From a virus, in IMG/VR virus record IMGVR_UViG_3300050821_023931, positions 1 through 64,000 of that record: a stretch of 64,000 nucleotides of DNA. The stretch is one strand, 5' to 3'. The notes under the pieces are model-generated. The model was given only the letters and a program-made list of their open reading frames with translations, did not search any database and was not told the DNA's origin. Shown piece by piece: positions 59,050-64,000 of this stretch (within the stretch, counting starts at the first letter, position 1; each line of letters begins with the position of its first letter). Both the position numbers and the translations under genes were made by a program.

Positions 59050-60855
59050 ATGACAAAGTTTTTTAAGAAATTTGATAGTTTTATGAATGAAGGTGCTATG
59101 ATTGATCTTAGTACTATATTTGTATCAGCCGTTTTTGGAAGAAGTCTTTTTGAATATAGAAAAGTCAATCTTAAATTATGTGTTAGTGGTATTAATAATA
59201 TTCTTGAAAAATCTTTTAATGAGTTTACTTCCAATAATGTTAATGAGGCTGTATCTGTAGACCGTTATGATCAGGCTATGGAATATTTAAATTTGTATAT
59301 TGAAAAATTAGAAACTTTTATCGATTCTTTAAATAAGAAAATTATTGATAAAGAACAAGCAAAAGAATTAGTTGATCTTATAAAAAAAATAGACAAACAA
59401 TATTTCTCTCCTGCTATAAATGATATTTTAGCTGAACATTTAAAAGATTTTAATAAATTAAGGCTAATAACAAAACCTTACACCTCTAGTATAGACTCTA
59501 AACCATTTGTTATAAGTAAACAAGATATAGAAAAAAAGACCGCTGACCTAGCTGTATTAAAAGATTCGTATCTTGATTTGGTTAGAGATCAATCTGATAT
59601 AGAATATGGTATAGAAAATAATAAACCTTTACCCGATCCTGATTTTACTGTACAATTTTCACCAGGACAAAATAAAACACAAAATTCAGATCCTAAAAAT
59701 CCAGATTTTTTACAAATACAAGAATGGCTTAAGAAATTCCCTGAACTACTAAATATGTTCACCAAATTTAGATTCGATGAGAAAGTCTCGATGAGAAATA
59801 TAGAAGCACTTATTAAAGATATAATACTATACAGGGATTATGTGGGACATTTACCAAAACCAGTAGATCAATATGAATTATTCGATGAATTATCAAATGA
59901 TATTAAGGATTTAAAAAGTAAATTTAAAGTAAACAACACTACAGAAATAACAAAAAATAAACCTACACCATGGAGTAATGGTAAAAAGGAAACTTTAACA
60001 AACTATTTAATTGAAAATTATAAAAAACAAATAAATGAATATTTAGTAGATATTGCTAAAAGTAAATTTACTAATCCTACAGCTAAAGCCCGTGTAGAGT
60101 ATAATAAGATTTTGGAAAAAAGTTGGGTTGAATATAAAGACGAATTATTTGAAAAATGGAAAGATTATTATCTTATAGATAAACTAAGTAAGTTTTTTGA
60201 AATTGGTATAAAAATGACGACTACAAAATTACATGATTATAAAGATAATACTGATAATGATGTTGCTCAAAGGGTCCTTGAAAAATTACCTTTTATTGAT
60301 GCTAGTAGTTTAGAATCTGGTATTTCACATATAACAGCAGGAAATTTTTATATGGTACCTATTCTTGGTAATAATGATCATCCAACGCCACACTGCATTA
60401 TATTCTTTATACCAAATAATATAGAACAAATTGATAATCATGCTGGGTTATGGGCTATTCCTATAGCAAAGGTAAAATTTAATAATTTTAAATATAAAGT
60501 TGAACAATTCTTTCTTGATAGCTCCAACAATTTACTTTCTTCATCACCCATTTTCTTAGTTACTAATACCAAAGCTAATTTAGATATAGATGGTCAGAAA
60601 ATACTTCTTGTTAAAGTTGTACCTAATGAATTCAATATGTTAAAAATGCGATATATCAGAGTTGAAAATCCTGATACTGATAGAAAAGAAAATAGACTGT
60701 ATATAGGATCACCAATTTTTAAACTATTAGCATCTGAGATGAAAGACAAATTTAAAATTGATAAAAATAGTTTACATATAAAATATTATCCTAAAGATAA
60801 AGATGATATTGAAACCTATTTCTTCAGACAAAAAAGAACTAAAAAAGACAATTAA
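59050..60855 (+). CDS. Hypothetical protein, putative internal head protein
   Basis: N-terminus KFFKKFDSFMNE and internal KSFNEFTSNNVNE; GATATATAG upstream. Confidence 0.65.
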   Translation: MTKFFKKFDSFMNEGAMIDLSTIFVSAVFGRSLFEYRKVNLKLCVSGINNILEKSFNEFTSNNVNEAVSVDRYDQAMEYLNLYIEKLETFIDSLNKKIIDKEQAKELVDLIKKIDKQYFSPAINDILAEHLKDFNKLRLITKPYTSSIDSKPFVISKQDIEKKTADLAVLKDSYLDLVRDQSDIEYGIENNKPLPDPDFTVQFSPGQNKTQNSDPKNPDFLQIQEWLKKFPELLNMFTKFRFDEKVSMRNIEALIKDIILYRDYVGHLPKPVDQYELFDELSNDIKDLKSKFKVNNTTEITKNKPTPWSNGKKETLTNYLIENYKKQINEYLVDIAKSKFTNPTAKARVEYNKILEKSWVEYKDELFEKWKDYYLIDKLSKFFEIGIKMTTTKLHDYKDNTDNDVAQRVLEKLPFIDASSLESGISHITAGNFYMVPILGNNDHPTPHCIIFFIPNNIEQIDNHAGLWAIPIAKVKFNNFKYKVEQFFLDSSNNLLSSSPIFLVTNTKANLDIDGQKILLVKVVPNEFNMLKMRYIRVENPDTDRKENRLYIGSPIFKLLASEMKDKFKIDKNSLHIKYYPKDKDDIETYFFRQKRTKKDN

Positions 60856-60859
60856 ACTT

Positions 60860-61234
60860 ATGAGTATTTTAAAATTTTCAGACTGGAAAAAACAACAAAC
60901 AATAAATGAGGATCTTGATATGACACAAAATCTGAAAGATCTCGAAATGGATAGAACCGATGCTCAGGCAATAATTTCTAGGATAGATTCTATTAAAACT
61001 ATTACAACACCAGAACAACTTGATTCTACTAAAGAATCAGTTTTTAATCAATACAAAGATAAGAAAGGAACTGCTACAGTAGCTGCTTTATCTTTATTGG
61101 ATCTTGAAAGTCAACATAGACTTTATCAGATTAAAACTCAAGATGCTAGCAAGAAATTCACAGAAACTATTACAAGTCTCGATGAAACTATAAAATCTTT
61201 GAAAGATAAAGCAACAGCTAACCCTAACGAATAA
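60860..61234 (+). CDS. Coiled-coil protein, putative internal head protein
   Basis: Likely start MSILKFSDWKKQQTINE. Confidence 0.55.
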   Translation: MSILKFSDWKKQQTINEDLDMTQNLKDLEMDRTDAQAIISRIDSIKTITTPEQLDSTKESVFNQYKDKKGTATVAALSLLDLESQHRLYQIKTQDASKKFTETITSLDETIKSLKDKATANPNE

Positions 61235-61253
61235 ATAATATCCTATATAAGAT

Positions 61254-62696
61254 ATGGCTGATGAAAATGAATTTTTAGCAATCGATGAAAGTCTTGATAA
61301 TATAGAAAGTATTGTAGGTGAAATACGTGATACAGTTAATAAACAAGATGAATCAGAAGATGATTTTGTCTCTTCTGACAAAGCTGATTTTTATGAAACT
61401 GTAAAAAGTATAAACACTACTCTCGAAAGTGTAAATAGTTATTTTCAAAATATGGGATCTTCTAAGGTTGATAATCTTCAGGAGCCTATAGAACCTATTG
61501 AGGATATCACCAATGATAGAATTTCTGATCAATTAATAGAAACTACTAAAGTAGATAATGCTATGCTTGTGGATCATTTGACCGAAATAAATGATACACT
61601 TAAAGAAATAAAATCTTTTAACAATCCTGAAAATACAACTAATATTAGTCCAGAAGAAACCAATAAAATAGAAAACATCAATAAATCGTCTCAAGGTATA
61701 GATCAGGAGATGAAAACTATAGCTGAACTACAAGAAAGTATTTCTAGTACTAATATAAACAATCAAGGTACCGATATTCTATCAGAATTAAAAGGTGTGT
61801 CTGGTGTAAATTGGCAAGATGAATTGATTGAGCCTTTACAGCAATTAAGAGATATTATAAATGAGCCAGTATTAAAAGATAATATAACAAGTGTTTTAGA
61901 TAGCTTATCCTCTAAAAATATTGATTTGTCAAAAATACAAGAACTTGAAAAAATATTACCAAATATTACGAGTTCTCTCAAAGATTTTAAATTAGACCCG
62001 GCAGCATTTAAGGACCTAGAAGAATTCGAAGAAAATATTAATAATATCAAAACCGTTATGGCTTCAAATAAGTCATCTAATGATTTTGAAAGTCTTGAAA
62101 AAGCTAATAATCCAATATCACAAATAAATACTATACCAGTAACAAATGTGTCAGATGATATGAATTATATTCCTGGTCAAAATGCTATGACTGACACATC
62201 TGATTTTGATACAGAGACTTCTGAAATTAATATTGCAAAAGAAACTAATACTGAATCTAATTTAAAAAAAACTCCTGATGTATTAACACTTGAACATAAT
62301 CAAGAAGCAGCTACGTCGGATTTTGTTGTAGAACCACATAGTTCTCAACAAATAATGCATTCTGAGAATACCACTGATAATCCTTTAGAGACTTCTAATA
62401 GTACAAACTCACAAATGACAAAACTGGTTGAGCTTGTACAGAAACAAAATGATCTATTAAATTCTTTTATCCAAATAAAAACAACTGACCCAGAAAAAGA
62501 TAATAAACCAGAAAAACCTATAATGGAAATGGGTAGTGCACAAAGTAAAGAAGCTGGTACCACTGAATCCGCTGATGATGCTACAAATATCGTATTACAA
62601 CAATTGGTCTCAATAATGGGTATATTAAATTCTAGTATATCAGAACTTTCTTCTTCAATGATGGCTTCTAGGAATAAACCAATAAAATTGAACTAA
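61254..62696 (+). CDS. Acidic coiled-coil protein (possible hub/tape-measure-associated)
   Basis: 480 aa, helical and low-complexity; function inferred only from composition. Confidence 0.5.
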   Translation: MADENEFLAIDESLDNIESIVGEIRDTVNKQDESEDDFVSSDKADFYETVKSINTTLESVNSYFQNMGSSKVDNLQEPIEPIEDITNDRISDQLIETTKVDNAMLVDHLTEINDTLKEIKSFNNPENTTNISPEETNKIENINKSSQGIDQEMKTIAELQESISSTNINNQGTDILSELKGVSGVNWQDELIEPLQQLRDIINEPVLKDNITSVLDSLSSKNIDLSKIQELEKILPNITSSLKDFKLDPAAFKDLEEFEENINNIKTVMASNKSSNDFESLEKANNPISQINTIPVTNVSDDMNYIPGQNAMTDTSDFDTETSEINIAKETNTESNLKKTPDVLTLEHNQEAATSDFVVEPHSSQQIMHSENTTDNPLETSNSTNSQMTKLVELVQKQNDLLNSFIQIKTTDPEKDNKPEKPIMEMGSAQSKEAGTTESADDATNIVLQQLVSIMGILNSSISELSSSMMASRNKPIKLN

Positions 62697-63124
62697 TCTT
62701 TCATTAGTTTCTCAAGATGATCAAGTCGCTCAGCATTTACCATAGCAAAGTTAACTTCTCTCTCAGATTTATTTGGTGATAAGTTCTCTGGGAAATAACC
62801 AACATTTTTATAAAAAGTATCATCATCAATTTCTTCACTATCGATATTAAATACTCGGTAACAGGACTCATTACTAATTATAAGATATAAAGGAACAATA
62901 GATTTTTCACAATCCATTACGACAAAAATATCATTTCCGGATAATGATTCTTTTAAGAAATTATCTGACATTTTGATAAATGCCCAAGGAGAAACACTGG
63001 ATAATAAATCAAAGAAACCAACTGTTTTTACCAGAACCGTTATAGTATAACACCAGATATCAACAACTTCGATATCTCTTCTGTTATTAAATCCTTTTAT
63101 AATGCGTAATGTTAGATTGTTCAT
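62693..63124 (-). CDS. Hypothetical protein (probable early gene)
   Basis: TACATTTG element at 63151-63158. Confidence 0.6.
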   Translation of the reverse strand: MNNLTLRIIKGFNNRRDIEVVDIWCYTITVLVKTVGFFDLLSSVSPWAFIKMSDNFLKESLSGNDIFVVMDCEKSIVPLYLIISNESCYRVFNIDSEEIDDDTFYKNVGYFPENLSPNKSEREVNFAMVNAERLDHLEKLMKD

Positions 63125-63293
63125 ATTTTTATTAATCGTTGTATGATAGTCAAATGTAAAACTTTTTTCGGTAACACAAAAATAAAATAATTAAAATTTT
63201 GGTAATGTGGATAATTTTATAATGAAATAATTAATATTTTCTAAAACTTATATTGGTTTTACTATAAAAGTATTAATATCAAACATCAATAAC

Positions 63294-63812
63294 ATGAATG
63301 AATTAGAATCCTTGGGGTTTTCTGTTGATAAAAAGAAAACAAACACTAAATACGGCTTTTTTAAAAGTATTCAAGTATTTTTTAACAAAATACGCATATT
63401 TCTAATCTATAGAAACATTCTAAAAAGGAATAGTATAATTCTATGGGAAAGATTTAATATTCGATTTGATGATGTATATCGTTTATATACAGTAATCATC
63501 ATTCCACCAGAAACAATGTCGCTACTTTCTATGAAAGATAATAAGTACCATATGGTATTTCAGCAGGAAGTCGTTACACAAATAACAAGTTATATAAAAG
63601 CTGTTAGTGGTTATTTAAAAACAGTTGGTATGGGTGAAGAGTGGTATGGTTTGACTGAAATGACAGAAATAGATCAAATGAATTATAAAATAGTAATTAG
63701 TTTTGCTTTTTTTGATACAGTTAAAGTAGCTAACTGGTTGCTAACTATAGGACTGGTTTCTTTTATTGGTTTCTTTATCTGGTTTATTTGGTACATAAAA
63801 CAAATAATTTAA
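63294..63812 (+). CDS. Hypothetical protein with a C-terminal transmembrane helix
   Basis: WLLTIGLVSFIGFFIWFIWY; AAACTTA-N12-TATAAAA at 63244-63269. Confidence 0.65.
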   Translation: MNELESLGFSVDKKKTNTKYGFFKSIQVFFNKIRIFLIYRNILKRNSIILWERFNIRFDDVYRLYTVIIIPPETMSLLSMKDNKYHMVFQQEVVTQITSYIKAVSGYLKTVGMGEEWYGLTEMTEIDQMNYKIVISFAFFDTVKVANWLLTIGLVSFIGFFIWFIWYIKQII

Positions 63813-63821
63813 CATTTCTGA

Positions 63822-63847
63822 AAACTTTCAAAATTAAGCTTATATAA
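63822..63847 (+). promoter_or_regulatory. Bipartite promoter AAACTTT-N12-TATATAA
   Basis: Exact consensus. Confidence 0.75.
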
Positions 63848-63871
63848 ACTCTAACTAAAACATTTTAACAT

Positions 63872-64000
63872 ATGCCAAATTTTCATAATATAGAAGCTGA
63901 TATCGAAAATGATTTAAACGATATCATTGAAAAACTTGCTTTTCCTGAGGGAATAAAATTCAAAATTTTAGGTGTCGAGAAGCAAAAGACTCTTTTTAAA
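63872..64000 (+). CDS. Partial hypothetical protein running off the right edge
   Basis: MPNFHNIEADIENDLNDIIEKLAFPEGIKFKILGVEKQKTLFK, open to the window end. Confidence 0.6.
   Translation, partial: MPNFHNIEADIENDLNDIIEKLAFPEGIKFKILGVEKQKTLFK

Noticed and set aside
1-64000. Stop-codon reassignment (code 15 or 4) as in some Bacteroidota phages
   Set aside because: Core genes and the 4457-aa ORF are intact in code 11; TAG ends the gp32 acidic tail at the expected place, and TGA ends ORFs in ATGA overlaps.
1-64000. tRNA or rRNA genes
   Set aside because: No cloverleaf or TTCGA-arm pattern was seen in the short intergenic regions by eye; a tRNA scan would be needed to exclude them fully.

Overview
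Strongly AT-rich, gene-dense 64-kb segment of a T4-like (myovirus-type) jumbo phage read in standard code 11. The host is almost certainly a member of Bacteroidota, judged by TAnnTTTG promoters, no Shine-Dalgarno sites, a Bacteroidota-like DnaK tail, DUF4178 and a T9SS-like protein. Recognisable genes: gp61 primase, gp18 tail sheath (enlarged, 1234 aa), gp32 SSB, a gp3-like tail protein, gp47 Mre11/SbcD nuclease, two giant virion proteins (4457 and 1954 aa), DnaK with Hsp20, a 4-domain ribosomal protein S1, DHFR, dCMP deaminase, a beta-class DNA methyltransferase and a PolB-like exonuclease. Best candidate for an undescribed system: two paralogous GIY-YIG nucleases (23457-25004 and 50466-52001), each with exactly eight ~52-aa helical repeats but with the nuclease at a different register (1+7 vs 3+5). 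The repeats have hypervariable residues at fixed positions, and identical DNA tracts are shared within and between the two genes, suggesting a modular, reshufflable DNA-targeting nuclease. Other signals: a three-tier promoter code (host TAnnTTTG, AAACTTT-N12-TATATAA, lone ATATATA); capsid-targeting-like propeptides on late genes, including an annexin-domain protein and an ADP-ribosyltransferase-fold protein; a duplicated, mostly non-synonymously diverged 80-codon cassette; a bipartite peptide motif shared by two unrelated proteins; and a mini-protein resembling the prohead-protease N-terminus. All family assignments come from motif recognition by eye, not database searches.
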